Assembly: GCA_963813155.1 (NCBI GenBank)
Contig: CAWEYG010000003.1
Span: 352,001 to 416,000, forward strand
Reading direction: 5' to 3'
Origin: an uncultured Acidobacteriota bacterium
Lineage (GTDB): Bacteria; Acidobacteriota; Thermoanaerobaculia; UBA5066; DATFVB01
Length of the DNA: 64,000 bases
The position numbers were made by a program, and so were the translations under genes. This document shows, in pieces, positions 42,159 through 53,047 of the stretch; the first letter of the stretch is position 1, and every line of letters begins with the position of its first letter. The notes under the pieces are model-generated. The model searched no databases. It was not told the DNA's origin and was given only the letters and a program-made list of their open reading frames with translations.

Positions 42159-44649
42159 CTATCGCACGACCACGTTCAGCAGGCGGTCGGGGACGAAAAC
42201 GACTTTCACGCGCTGCTTGTCTGCGAGCCACTTCGCGACCGATTCGTCGGCCTCGGCGGCGGAGAGGACGTCGTTTTCCGCGGCGCCGCGGCCGAGTGTC
42301 ACCTGGCCGCGAAGCTTCCCGTTCACCTGCACCGCGTAGGTGACGGTTTCTTCGATCACGAGGGCGGGGTCGAAGGCGGGCCAGCCCGAGAACAGCAGAC
42401 TCTTCGCGCCCCCCGAGGCGCTCGTTGAGCTCCTCCGTGAGGTGCGGAGCGACCGGGTGAGCGAGAGACAGCAGGGTCCTCAGGGAGGCGTGCTTCTCCG
42501 CGGCCTCCGCGGCCGGGTCCCCGACGAGATCGACCACCTGGTGAAGGTACTCCATCAGGTGGGCCACGGCCGTGTGGAACGAAAAGTTCTCGAAATCTTC
42601 CGTGACGGCCTTCACGGCCCGGTGCCGGGCGCGCGAGGCGGGCGTGTCGGCCGCGGGGCTTCCCGACGGCGCCGGTCCGGCCTCGATCAGCCGGTCGGAA
42701 ACCGCTCGAAGGCGAGCCAGAAACCTCTCCGCGCCCGCGATCCCCTGGTCGCTCCACTCCGCCTCGGCCGTCGCGGGCCCGAGGAACAGCACGTACGTTC
42801 GGACGGCGTCCGCGCCCTTGCTCGCGATCAACGGGTCGAGCGAGACGGCGTTCCCGCGCGACTTGGACATCTTCTCCACCCGGCCCGAAGGTCCCATGCG
42901 CGTGATCATCCCCTGGTTGAACAGCGCCGCGAACGGTTCCTCGGCCTGAAGCATCCCGAGCCCCTTGAGCACGCGCGCGAAGAATCGCGCGTACAGGAGA
43001 TGGAGGATCGCGTGCTCGACGCCGCCGACATATTGCGTGACCGGAATCCAGCGCCTCGCGATCGCGGGATCGAACGGCCGTTCCGCATTCGAGGGGTCGA
43101 GATAGCGGATGAAATACCACGCGGAATCGACGAACGTGTCCATGGTGTCGGTCTCGCGCCGAGCCGGCCCTCCGCAGCGCGGACACGAAGTGTGGACGAA
43201 AGAATCGACTTTCTCCAGAGGGTTTCCGCCCTTCCCCGTGAACGGCGCTTCGGCCGGGAGCAGAACCGGGAGCTCGGACTCGGGCACGGGCACCCATCCG
43301 TCCTTCTCGCAGCGGACCATCGGGATCGGGGTTCCCCAGTAACGCTGCCGCGAGATCAGCCAGTCGCGAAGGCGGTACGTGACCCGGCGACGGCCTGCGC
43401 CCGACTCCTCGAGCGTTGCGATCGCCGCCTCGACGGCCTTCGGCCCGTTGGGAATCCCGTCCCACGACCCGGACCGGTAGAGAACACCCTCGTGCGCGAG
43501 GGCCGCCGCGGTCATGGCCGCCGGGTCGAGCTCCTCCTCGGTTCGATAGACCGGCCGGATGGGTAGCCCGTACTTGCGCGCGAATTCGAAGTCGCGCTGG
43601 TCATGCGCCGGCACGCCCATGATCGCGCCCGTTCCGTAGTCCGGCAGCACGAAGTTCGCGAGCCACACCGGGACGGGTTCGCCGAGAAGCGGATGAACCG
43701 CCTCGAATCCGGTCGGAATTCCCTCCTTCTCGCCCGATTCCGCCTCGCGAACGATCCGCGACTCCTCCCGGACTCTCCCGACGAAGGCCTCGATCTCGGC
43801 GCGGCGAGGACTCTTTGAAACGATCTTCGCGACGAGCGGATGCTCCGGCGCGAGCGCGACGAACGTCGCGCCATAGAGCGTGTCGGGTCGCGTCGTGAAC
43901 ACCGTCAGATTTTCGGACAGCCCGGGGATGCGGAACACGACGTCGGCGCCCGAGCTCTTCCCGATCCAGTTGCGCTGCATCGCGCGGACTTTGTCGGGCC
44001 ACTTGCCTTCGAGGTCGTCGAGCCCCGAGAGGAGCGATTCCGCCTCTTCCGTGATTCTCAGGAACCACTGCTCCAGCTCCCTCGATTCGACCGGACTGCC
44101 GCACCGGTCGCACACTCCGCCCTCGGCCTGTTCGTTCGCGAGGACGGTCTGGCAGGACGGACACCAGTTGACGGGGGCCTTCTTTCGAACCGCGAGGCCC
44201 TGCTCGTGCATTCTCAGGAAGAACCACTGGTTCCAGCGGTAATACCCGGGCTCGCACGTCGTGACTTCCTTCGTCCAGTCGTAGAGAACGCCCCAGGCGC
44301 GGAACTGCTCCTTCATCGCGGCGATGTTGGCGAGCGTCGACACGCGCGGATGAATCCCCTTTTCGATCGCGTAGTTTTCCGCCGGCAGTCCGAACGCGTC
44401 CCATCCCATCGGGCAGAAGACCGTGTTTCCCCGCTGCCGCCAGTACCGATGAAGGGCGTCGGTCAGGAAATACGTCCTCGCGTGTCCCACGTGAAGCCGG
44501 TCGCCGGAGGGATACGGCAACATGACGAGAAGGTACCTGCCCGACACCGACTCGTCGGAAGTGTCCACGAAGGCGGCCCTGTCTTTCGCCCACCGCTCCT
44601 GCCACTTCGGTTCGATCTCGTCCGGCGCGTAGCCGTCCCGCTCGTTCAT
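42159..44649 (-). CDS. leuS: Leucine--tRNA ligase; apparent frameshift near 42400
   Basis: PYPSG..HVGH, TTRPDT, RQRYWG, KMSKS; C-terminal VQVNGKLR in second frame. Confidence 0.95.
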
Positions 44650-44694
44650 GAAAGAGAAGCGAATCTAAATGACCGGAGACCGCGATTCAAGCAG

Positions 44695-45732
44695 TTACGC
44701 CCGAAGCTCCAGGTTTCCCATCGACGAGAGAACGCGAAGGAGGGTCCGCGGCATCTCCGCGAGGGAAACGACTTCGTCCACGGCCCCCGACTCCGCCGCC
44801 TCGCGTGGCATGCCGAAAACGACCGCCGACTCCTGCGACTCCGCAAGCGTCCGCCCTCCGGCTCCGCGCACGGAAACGACGCCCTCCCGCCCGTCACTGC
44901 CCATTCCGGTCAACACGACGGCAACGGTGCGGGCCCCGAACGTCGCGGCCGCGCTCCGGAAGAGCCGGTCGACCGACGGCGAATAGAGGTCCGGCGGCTG
45001 GCGGGGCGAGAGGTGAAATCTCGCGTTCTCGGCTTCCCCGGAAAACTCCAGATGGCCGCCTCCCGGGGCGACATAGGCCGCGCCCGGCTTCGCCCGCTGC
45101 CCTTCTGCCGCCTCTTCCACCGGAAACACGGCGCTCCGGGCGAGCCGCTGGGCGAAGAGGCGGGTAAACCCCGTCGGCATGTGCTGCGCGACGACGATCG
45201 GGAACGGAATCGCCGGGAGAGCCGCGAAGAGCGTCGAGATCGCCGACGGACCTCCCGTCGAGGCGCCGATGACGAGCACCCCCACCCCCGGGGCGATCGG
45301 TTCCGGCGGTCGGATGCGGTCGACGATGATCGGCCGGCTCAATCGCGCGCCGGCCGCCGCTCGGAGCTTCTCGAGCAGCACCTTCTCGAGCTTCGAATAC
45401 TCGGGCGAAGCGGTTGCCTGCGGCTTCACGATGAAATCCACGGCCCCGAGCTCGAGGGCGCGAAAGACGTCTTCCCGGCCGTGCCGGGAAGAGACGACGA
45501 TCGTCGGCGTCGGCCGGTTCGAGGCGAGCCAGCGGAGAACCGAAAAACCGTCGAGACCCGGCATCTCGAGATCGAGGGTGATGATGTCAGGCTCGTGCGC
45601 CATCGTCAGGCGGATCGCCTCCTCCCCGTTGACCGCCGACGCGACGACCTTCATCTCGGGGTCGGACTCGATCATCCGGGAGAGCGTGACCCGGGAGAAG
45701 GCGCTGTCGTCGGCGACGAGGACCCGGATCAT
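44695..45732 (-). CDS. cheB: Chemotaxis methylesterase (REC plus CheB)
   Basis: VADDS receiver; GASTGG, QHMP, LTGMGSDG. Confidence 0.93.
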   Translation of the reverse strand: MIRVLVADDSAFSRVTLSRMIESDPEMKVVASAVNGEEAIRLTMAHEPDIITLDLEMPGLDGFSVLRWLASNRPTPTIVVSSRHGREDVFRALELGAVDFIVKPQATASPEYSKLEKVLLEKLRAAAGARLSRPIIVDRIRPPEPIAPGVGVLVIGASTGGPSAISTLFAALPAIPFPIVVAQHMPTGFTRLFAQRLARSAVFPVEEAAEGQRAKPGAAYVAPGGGHLEFSGEAENARFHLSPRQPPDLYSPSVDRLFRSAAATFGARTVAVVLTGMGSDGREGVVSVRGAGGRTLAESQESAVVFGMPREAAESGAVDEVVSLAEMPRTLLRVLSSMGNLELRA

Positions 45733-46568
45733 TTCTGGTAGACCATGTCGTTTTTCAGGTGGCGAAGATGGAACTCGGTCGAGAAAGCCACGAGCGATTC
45801 GACTCGCCCGAGAAAGAGGTGCCCGCCGGGCGCGAGCCTCTTGTGCAGCGAGGCGACGACGGAACGCTTCGCGGAATCTTCCAGATAGATCAGGACGTTT
45901 CTGCAGAAGATGACGTGAAAGATCGGAAGCGCGGCGAGGCGGGCCGACTCGATCAGGTTCACACGCCCGAACGAGACGCGCCGGCGAACGTCCTCCCGGA
46001 TCCTGTATCGCCCGGGGCCTTCGAGCTCGAAGAACTTCGAGCGGCGATCCTCCGACGTCTGCCGGAAGGAGTTCTCGCGGAAAATGCCGGCCCGGGCCCG
46101 GCCGATGCTTCCCAGGGACACGTCGCTGCCGAAAATCTCGACCTCTCGGCGATCGAATGCGCCAATCTCCTCGAGAAGCATGGCGAGCGTGTACGGCTCC
46201 TCTCCGGAAGCACAGCCCGCGCTCCAGATCTTCAGCGGTTCCGCGCCGCGAGACGCCGCTTCCCATTCCGGGAGGACCTCGTCCGTGAAAGCCGCGAGTT
46301 GCTCCGGCTCCCGAAAGAAATATGTCTCGGGATTCGTGATCCGGTCGATCAGCGCGTCAAACTCGGACTCCTCGGGGCTGCCGTAGCGAAGGCGAAGAAG
46401 ATAAGACCGGGGGCCGTCGAGCCTCAGCTCTTCGACCCGGCGGAGGACCCGCGACTCGAGGAGAAAACGATTCGAGTCGGTGAAATCGATTCCGCACCTC
46501 TCCCGGACGAGGTCCGCGAACACGCGGTAGAGCTCGTTCGGAAAAGGCGCTCCGCCGTTCTGCGTCAC
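45729..46568 (-). CDS. cheR: Chemotaxis methyltransferase
   Basis: ETYFFRE, WSAGCASGEEPYTLAM, IFCRNVLIY. Confidence 0.93.
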   Translation of the reverse strand: MTQNGGAPFPNELYRVFADLVRERCGIDFTDSNRFLLESRVLRRVEELRLDGPRSYLLRLRYGSPEESEFDALIDRITNPETYFFREPEQLAAFTDEVLPEWEAASRGAEPLKIWSAGCASGEEPYTLAMLLEEIGAFDRREVEIFGSDVSLGSIGRARAGIFRENSFRQTSEDRRSKFFELEGPGRYRIREDVRRRVSFGRVNLIESARLAALPIFHVIFCRNVLIYLEDSAKRSVVASLHKRLAPGGHLFLGRVESLVAFSTEFHLRHLKNDMVYQK

Positions 46569-48793
46569 TGCAACGGCTCGCTCCGGAGAACTTCCGCGAG
46601 GATCCCGGCCGTGCGGGGCTCTGCTTCGCGCCATGCGAGCTCGATCTCGGCGGACAGCTTCGGCCGCAGGCGCGCGAGAGTCGCGCTCACGTCTTCCGCG
46701 AGCGCGGTTCGGGACAGCGCCCCAACGAGGACCGGAACGTCCTGCGCCGCGGCGATCCGCTCGATTGCGGCGAGGGCGGAGCGCGCGACGAGATCGTCCG
46801 GGTCCCGCAGAAGGGCCTGGTGGAGGAGCGGCCGGCGGTCCGTTCGGCCGCGGCGCCCGAGCGCCTCGAGCGCGGTCGCGCGCAGCCTCCAGTCGGGGTC
46901 GGCCGCGCGCCGGTCCAGCTCCCGATCCGCCTCGGCGGTTGGCGTGTCCGCGACGGCTGCGAGAGCCGCCTGCCGGATCTCGGCGTCCGGGTCTTCGAGC
47001 GAGCGCGAGATCGAGCCCCACGCGGACTCTCCCCCGATCCGCCCCAGAGCCTCGAGGGCGGCAATCCTCTCCGGCGCCTCCCCTTTTTCCGATATCTCCG
47101 CGAGCCGCTCGGCATCCTCCGGCTCGCCCATCGCCCCGAGGCCCCGGCAAGCAGCCGCGCGCACCCAGAGATCGTCGTCCTGGAGCGACGCGAGAATCGC
47201 CTCCCGGCGGCTGGATGGCTGCGGCGTCGCTGCGATCGCGACGACGGCCGCCTGTCGAACGAGAGCGTTCTCGTCCGCAAGCGCGTGGTCGAACAGGGGG
47301 GCCAGCGACACGTCCATCGACCGGGCCGCCAGGGCCACGGCCCTCGCCCGGACGACGGAGTCTTCGTCTTTGCTCGCCGTCGAGACCCTCGAGCGGAACT
47401 CTTCCGATCCGATCTCGAACAGGAGCGAAAGGGCGTTTGCCCGGGTGAGAGCATCGCGTCCCGCCGCCGCGCGCACGACCCGGCGCTGCAGCGGGTCCCG
47501 GAGCTCGGGGTGTCGCCGGACGAGCGCCGCGAGCGCATCCACGGCGGCGGTGTCGACGCCCGCGTCGGAATCCCCGAGGTGGGCGATCAGATAATCCATC
47601 GCGCGCGAATCCGCGATTTTCGAGATCAACTCGACCGCTCGGCGCCGAACCGCGGGCGAGTCGTGCTCGAGCAGCCCGAGGACCGGAAAGAGCATCCCGG
47701 CCTCGGGTCGGGTCGAGAGCAGCTTCAGCGCGATCTCTGCCTTCTGTTCGTCGGCAGACGGCGAAAGAAGCGACAGCAGTGCCGGGTCCGACGCCGCGCC
47801 GAAGTCCGCGAGGGCCTTTTCGGCGGCATCAGAAACCTCCGACCCGAGCGCTGCGAGGAGCACGGGAACCGATTCGGGAGCGGCGATCCAGCCGAGCGCC
47901 CGCAGCAGGTTTCCTTTTCGGTCGGGGCGATCGGTCTTGCGGATGGCCAGGGCGATCGCGGCGGCCGTGCCCGGCGGCGCGTTCTCGCGGAACTTTCGCC
48001 GAAGATACGCCCGCTCGCGGTCGGCCACGATCCGGGGCCTCGACGCCTCGTCCACGGCCACGAAGGCCTGGAGCAGCGGAAAATCGGGAACAGAAGAAGA
48101 CGACAGCCTCGAAGCGAGCAGATCGATCGAACCGAATCCCCCGATCGAGCCCGCCGCCTCGAGAATCGCTTTCTTGAGCGCCGCATTTTGGTCGCAGGCG
48201 ACGATCGCCGGAAGCGCCTCGACCGCCTTCAGCCGGCCGAGGGTCTCGATCGCGTGGTAGTGGAGCCAGGGATTGTCGCCCGAAAGGATGGCGACCAAAG
48301 CGGGAATCGCCTCGCGACGGCTGAGTTTTCCGAGAGAAACGATGGCGGCCGACGCCACGTTGACGTCGTCATGACGCAGCAATTCCACGAGCGCCGCGAC
48401 GCTCTCGTCGCCCGGAATGTCGCCCAGCACGGTTGCGATCGCGATCTTGCTGTCGGGCTCCGTGACCCGGTTCAACTCGAAGAGCAGGTAAGGAAGCGCA
48501 CGGCTTTCGATCGCCCGTAACGCGTCGGCGGCGGCGTTTCGCCGCCCGGCGTTCGCCTGGTCGTAGAGAGCCGGAATCAACGCCCGAACGACATCTTCGC
48601 TGGGGTTCGCTTCGAGCCCTTCGATCGCCGCCTTCCGCACCCGCCAGTCGGGATCTCCCGCGAGCTGGACGAGCAGGTTCAGGGACTCCGCGTCCGACCG
48701 CTCCATGAGGATCCGCGCGCACTTCTGCCGCACGTCCGAGTTCTGGTCCTGCGAATCGCGCTTCAGCGCGTCGATCAGATCTCCGTCGTTCAC
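46565..48793 (-). CDS. HEAT-repeat (PBS lyase-like) protein
   Basis: Many D.D..VR..A..ALG repeats; start/stop overlaps with both neighbours. Confidence 0.88.
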   Translation of the reverse strand: MNDGDLIDALKRDSQDQNSDVRQKCARILMERSDAESLNLLVQLAGDPDWRVRKAAIEGLEANPSEDVVRALIPALYDQANAGRRNAAADALRAIESRALPYLLFELNRVTEPDSKIAIATVLGDIPGDESVAALVELLRHDDVNVASAAIVSLGKLSRREAIPALVAILSGDNPWLHYHAIETLGRLKAVEALPAIVACDQNAALKKAILEAAGSIGGFGSIDLLASRLSSSSVPDFPLLQAFVAVDEASRPRIVADRERAYLRRKFRENAPPGTAAAIALAIRKTDRPDRKGNLLRALGWIAAPESVPVLLAALGSEVSDAAEKALADFGAASDPALLSLLSPSADEQKAEIALKLLSTRPEAGMLFPVLGLLEHDSPAVRRRAVELISKIADSRAMDYLIAHLGDSDAGVDTAAVDALAALVRRHPELRDPLQRRVVRAAAGRDALTRANALSLLFEIGSEEFRSRVSTASKDEDSVVRARAVALAARSMDVSLAPLFDHALADENALVRQAAVVAIAATPQPSSRREAILASLQDDDLWVRAAACRGLGAMGEPEDAERLAEISEKGEAPERIAALEALGRIGGESAWGSISRSLEDPDAEIRQAALAAVADTPTAEADRELDRRAADPDWRLRATALEALGRRGRTDRRPLLHQALLRDPDDLVARSALAAIERIAAAQDVPVLVGALSRTALAEDVSATLARLRPKLSAEIELAWREAEPRTAGILAEVLRSEPLQ

Positions 48794-49158
48794 ATCTCCT
48801 CCGCGTAGAGCGCGACGTTCCCCGCGAGCGCTCGGGAAACCGTCGCCGGCCGGGTCTCGGCGACGAGAAAGAAGTCGTGCTTTGCCCCGCGAACGAGAAC
48901 GAAGCTCTCCGCAGGGCCCCCGATACCGCGCACTTCCAGCGCCCGTCCGCGCCAGAAGGAGACTCCGATGCCCGGGGCGCCGGGGAGGAGCGAATAGGCC
49001 AGCGCGGGCGCGATCTCGACGACGGAACCGGCCGGGAGGAAAACGCCCCTCCCGCCGTGTCCGAAGACGAGCCCGAGGTCGTCGGGCGTCAGAGCCGGCG
49101 GCTCGCGAAAATAGCGGCCGATCGCCCGCCTCGCGGGAAACTCCCGACGCTCGCTCAA
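48790..49158 (-). CDS. Short degenerate CheW-like protein
   Basis: LPAGSVVEI, LPGAP, GVSFWRGR resemble the CheW core; lies directly after cheA. Confidence 0.5.
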   Translation of the reverse strand: MSERREFPARRAIGRYFREPPALTPDDLGLVFGHGGRGVFLPAGSVVEIAPALAYSLLPGAPGIGVSFWRGRALEVRGIGGPAESFVLVRGAKHDFFLVAETRPATVSRALAGNVALYAEEM

Positions 49159-51023
49159 TTCGGCTTCTCGAAGGCGCTGCGGAGGAGCCTTTTCGGGTCG
49201 AGGACGAGGATCGCCTCCTCGCCCTTTCCCTCGGAAGCGCCAATCAGATACGAGGGCGCCATCGACGTCGCGACCGGCCGAACGACGAGCATCTCCTGGC
49301 GGAGCACCTCGCCGACGGAAATCGACGAGGAATCCGGCAGGAAGATCTGCACGCGCCTCCTACCCGCGGGCGGTTCGCCGCCCCCGAGCGCGCGCGAAAG
49401 CGGAAGGGCGCCCGACTCCGAGCCCTCCCTCGCGACTCGCGCGACGGCGGCGAGGGGAAAAGCGTAGGCGTGGCCCGATTCGCGCACGACGATCGCGTCG
49501 AAGACGGCCTGCGAGACGGAGACCTCGATTTCGAATCTCGTCCCCGATCCCGGAGTGGAGAAGGTACGAACTTCCCCGTGCCGGGACTCGACCCGGTCTT
49601 TGACAAGGTCCAACCCGACTCCCCTGCCCGAGATCTCGGAAATCGCGCTCGCGGTCGAGAACCCGGGACGAAACAGAAACGCGAAGACTTCGTCCCGTGT
49701 CGGGACAGCCCCGTCCGGAATCCAGCCGAGGATCTTCGCCCGCGCCACGACGGCCGCTTCGTCGATTCCTTTGCCGTCGTCCGCGATGGAAACGACGAGG
49801 CGGGAGCTCCGGGAGCGGGCCATGATCGTGATCGAGCCCTCCTCGGGCTTTCCCGCCGCGCGCCTTTCGAGAGGTGACTCCAGCCCATGGTCGATCGCGT
49901 TTCGAACGAGATGGAGAAGCGGATCCGCCAGGTCCTCCGCGAGGGAGCGGTCGATCTCGACGTCCCCTCCGAGGATCCGGAACGCGGCTCGCTTGCCCGA
50001 GGTCGAGAGGATCCGCCCGGCCGCCCGCCGCAACCGGTCGGCGAGCGACGAGAGGGGAACCGTCCGAATCGCCGCCGCCTCCTTCGTCAGCCGCGCCAGC
50101 GAGGCATCCACCCTCTTTCGCAGGCGGGAAAGGGAGACCCTTTGCGACGGCGCGAGGCCCGACTCGAGTCTCTCGACTTCCGCGGACAGTTTCTGGAAGG
50201 CCCCGCGGGCTTCTTCCGCCTCCGAAAGGAGCTGCTCCACCCGGGCGGTCTCGAGGCGGATGCTCTTGCCCGTTGTGGAACGAATCGATTCGACCTCCGG
50301 CTCGGGTTCCCGCTCGCGGTCCACCCGGGCGACCGAGACTCCCTCTCCAAAGCCTTCCGGATCGCTCGCGGCGGCGGCCAGCAACTGGACCGACAGGCGC
50401 TCCGCCGAGAACCCCGAAACCTGGGGCAGCGTCGCAATCCATTCGCCGTTCTCGTTCAGCTTCGCTCCGACGCCCTTGAGACCCGACTCGAAGTTCTCGA
50501 GCGGAAACGAGGCGTCCAAAGTGAAAATTCGCAATCCGGCCGAAAGGTTGACGCGAAGCCGGCTCTCCTCGTACTCCGAGAGGCACGACACGGTCTTTTC
50601 CGGCAGATTCACGAGCTCGGACAGGGGCGTGAGCGGCCCCGCGGCCTCCGGCTCCCGCGCCCGGGAAAGGGACACGAGGGCTTCCTCGGCGGAAAACCCG
50701 TCGTCGGTTCCGCCCTGCGCCGCGGCGGCCAGCGAGTCCTCGAAGATCTCGAAGAATCTCGACAGCGAGTCGCGAACCGGCCCCGACCACGGAAGTTTCG
50801 AAAGGCGGATCGAGTCGAGGAGATTCTCCGCCTCGTGAAGAGCGCGGCCGAACTTCGACATGCCCGCGAGACCCGCGAGGCCCTTCAGCGAATGAACCGC
50901 TCGAAACAACTCGTTGATTTCCGCGATTTTCGGCGCGCGTCCGGCCTCGAGGATCCGGTGGATGACCTCCAGCCTCTCCGATGCCTCCGCGGCGAAATCG
51001 ACCCGCCCGGCGGGTCCTTTCAT
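49155..51023 (-). CDS. cheA: Chemotaxis histidine kinase
   Basis: HPt LFRAVHSLKG; HLVRNAIDHG, DDGKGID, GFST, SGRGVGLD; C-terminal CheW-like domain. Confidence 0.92.
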   Translation of the reverse strand: MKGPAGRVDFAAEASERLEVIHRILEAGRAPKIAEINELFRAVHSLKGLAGLAGMSKFGRALHEAENLLDSIRLSKLPWSGPVRDSLSRFFEIFEDSLAAAAQGGTDDGFSAEEALVSLSRAREPEAAGPLTPLSELVNLPEKTVSCLSEYEESRLRVNLSAGLRIFTLDASFPLENFESGLKGVGAKLNENGEWIATLPQVSGFSAERLSVQLLAAAASDPEGFGEGVSVARVDREREPEPEVESIRSTTGKSIRLETARVEQLLSEAEEARGAFQKLSAEVERLESGLAPSQRVSLSRLRKRVDASLARLTKEAAAIRTVPLSSLADRLRRAAGRILSTSGKRAAFRILGGDVEIDRSLAEDLADPLLHLVRNAIDHGLESPLERRAAGKPEEGSITIMARSRSSRLVVSIADDGKGIDEAAVVARAKILGWIPDGAVPTRDEVFAFLFRPGFSTASAISEISGRGVGLDLVKDRVESRHGEVRTFSTPGSGTRFEIEVSVSQAVFDAIVVRESGHAYAFPLAAVARVAREGSESGALPLSRALGGGEPPAGRRRVQIFLPDSSSISVGEVLRQEMLVVRPVATSMAPSYLIGASEGKGEEAILVLDPKRLLRSAFEKPN

Positions 51024-51409
51024 GGCGCCGAGGAAACCTTCTTTTCGAGGAGCCGGTCGACCGCGGCGCACAGCTGCTCCGGCGTGAACGGCTTCCGGAC
51101 GTAATCCTCCGAACCGAGCGAAAGGGCTCGCTCCACGTCTTCCTGGGCGACCTCCGTCGAGACCACGAGGATCGGGATGGTCTTGTACTGCGGGTGATTT
51201 TTCAGGAAGCCGATCAGTTCCAGACCGTTGATATCGGGCATGTTCACGTCGGTCACGATGATGTCGAACAGGTGCCGCGGCAGGAGCCTCAGCGCTTCGA
51301 AGCCGGACGCCGCTTCGAAAACTTCGCGGCGCTCGGGGTCGTCGAGCGCGGAGACGATCATCGACCGGGTCGCGTCGGAGTCTTCGACGACGAGAACGCG
51401 CTTGATCAT
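51020..51409 (-). CDS. Single-domain response regulator, CheY-like
   Basis: VLVVEDS, TDVNMPDING, VST, KPF. Confidence 0.9.
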   Translation of the reverse strand: MIKRVLVVEDSDATRSMIVSALDDPERREVFEAASGFEALRLLPRHLFDIIVTDVNMPDINGLELIGFLKNHPQYKTIPILVVSTEVAQEDVERALSLGSEDYVRKPFTPEQLCAAVDRLLEKKVSSAP

Positions 51410-52101
51410 TCTGCCCCCTCCGAAATTCGCTGAAGATGAAGATCTTCCGGCCGCGTCCAGGATCGATGCGCGAAAGGCACGTAGTGCGCGTTCACGGAGA
51501 GCCGGCGGGCGAGAGGGTCGGCGAAACGCCAGCCGCGGCCGGGCGAATAGATTTTCACCCACCGATGATAAACGCCGCCGAGCTCCGGCGCGTAACCGGG
51601 CATCGAGGGGTCCGCGACGAGGATCCCCTGCACGGTTTCGGCGGCGATGCCTGCCCGCCGCAGCAGGTCGACGGCGAGCTCCGCGAACCCGACGCAATGG
51701 GCGCGCCGGGACGCGAACACCGAGACGGGGTCCTGCGGGAGGCCGCGATCGGGGTCGTACTCGATCTCGGCCGAGACCCATTCCAGAATCGCTCCCTCCA
51801 CCTCTCCTTCGACGGTTTTCCCGCGGCAGAGCTGCGCCGCGAGCGCGTCGCGCTCCGGAGCGGACGGAAGGCGGAATCCCGACCGGTCCGGGGTATACGG
51901 CAAACGCCGCTCGGCGCCGGCGGGCGCGGTCCGAACGATCAGCCGGACGCCCGCGCGCTCCGGAAAGGCCTCCATTGAATAGCCGTTCACGTCGTACTGG
52001 CCGAACAGAGAGGCGTCCCTGCCGTGCGCCAGGTAAACGGCCGTTTCGGCGGCGGCGGGCAGCGAGGCGAGAAGCGCGGCGAAGGCGACAATCGTCCTCA
52101 C
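51406..52101 (-). CDS. Exported transglutaminase-like domain protein
   Basis: Signal peptide; Cys-His-Asp triad motifs AHCVGFA, YHRW, FADP. Confidence 0.75.
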   Translation of the reverse strand: MRTIVAFAALLASLPAAAETAVYLAHGRDASLFGQYDVNGYSMEAFPERAGVRLIVRTAPAGAERRLPYTPDRSGFRLPSAPERDALAAQLCRGKTVEGEVEGAILEWVSAEIEYDPDRGLPQDPVSVFASRRAHCVGFAELAVDLLRRAGIAAETVQGILVADPSMPGYAPELGGVYHRWVKIYSPGRGWRFADPLARRLSVNAHYVPFAHRSWTRPEDLHLQRISEGAE

Positions 52102-52517
52102 GGGCGTTCCGATTCCGCCGGAGCCTTCAGCACCCCGTCGAGAATCCCGTTGATGAACTGGGAGGACCTCGGGGTGGAAAAGCGCTTCGCGATCTCGAGC
52201 GCCTCGTCGATGACGACCGGAGCCGGCGTGTCCGGCTCGTGCCGGATCTCGTAAAGCGCCATCCGAAGGATGTTGCGGTCGACGGCCGGCATCCGCTCGA
52301 GGCGCCAGTTGTCCGCCTGACGCACGATCAGCGCGTCGATCTCGGAACGGTGGTTGAGAGTTCCCACGACGAGCTTCTTCGCGTAGTCGCGCGTCGACTC
52401 GGCTGCGTGGTGCCATTCCTGGAAGTGCGTGAACATGTCCTCCGGCGAGGTTCCGGTCAGATCGTTCTCGAAAAGCATTTGCAGCGCGAGCTCCCTCGCG
52501 CGACGACGCGAGCCCAT
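52098..52517 (-). CDS. nusB: Transcription antitermination factor NusB
   Basis: RRRARELALQML, WRLERM..VDRNILR, FINGILD. Confidence 0.95.
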   Translation of the reverse strand: MGSRRRARELALQMLFENDLTGTSPEDMFTHFQEWHHAAESTRDYAKKLVVGTLNHRSEIDALIVRQADNWRLERMPAVDRNILRMALYEIRHEPDTPAPVVIDEALEIAKRFSTPRSSQFINGILDGVLKAPAESERP

Positions 52518-53029
52518 CAGCGCACGGATCCCGGCGCGCGGCGCGTCCGGGCGGGAAGAGAGCCCCGCCTCAGCCGGGCCATCTCGACCGCCGCCTCGGC
52601 CGCCTCGATTCCCGCGTGGCCGGCCGCTCCCCCGGACCGGGCCCTCGCCTGCTTTTCGTTGTCGCAGGTGAGAACGCCGAACGAGATCGGGACGTCCTGC
52701 GTGGCGTTCAGATGAGCGAGCGCGGACGCGACCGAGTTCGCGAGAACGTCGAAGTGGGGGGTCTCCCCCCGAATCAGGCACCCGAGAGACACGATGGCGG
52801 ACACGTTGCCGCCAAAAGCAGCTCGCCGGCAGGCGGAAATCAACTCGAAAGAACCCGGCACTCGGACCACCGAAACGTCTCCCTTCTTCGCGCCGGCGTC
52901 GCGGAGCGCGCGCAGGGCCCCGGCGAGGAGACGATCGGTGAAGCGCGAATTCCAGCGGGCAGCGACGACGGCGAAACGGAGTCCCGTCGCGTCCAGGCCT
53001 TCCGGAGACTTCAATGAACCATTTCGCAT
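52517..53029 (-). CDS. ribH: 6,7-dimethyl-8-ribityllumazine synthase
   Basis: ARWN, VPGSFEL, GCLIRGETPHF, FGVLT. Confidence 0.95.
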   Translation of the reverse strand: MRNGSLKSPEGLDATGLRFAVVAARWNSRFTDRLLAGALRALRDAGAKKGDVSVVRVPGSFELISACRRAAFGGNVSAIVSLGCLIRGETPHFDVLANSVASALAHLNATQDVPISFGVLTCDNEKQARARSGGAAGHAGIEAAEAAVEMARLRRGSLPARTRRAPGSVR

Positions 53030-53047
53030 CGGCCGAGCTTCGTTATT

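Noticed and set aside
41575-44649. LeuS-LptE fusion (1024-aa ORF)
   Set aside because: Artefact of a frameshift near 42400; the real LeuS C-terminus is in another frame ending at 42159, and LptE has its own lipoprotein signal.
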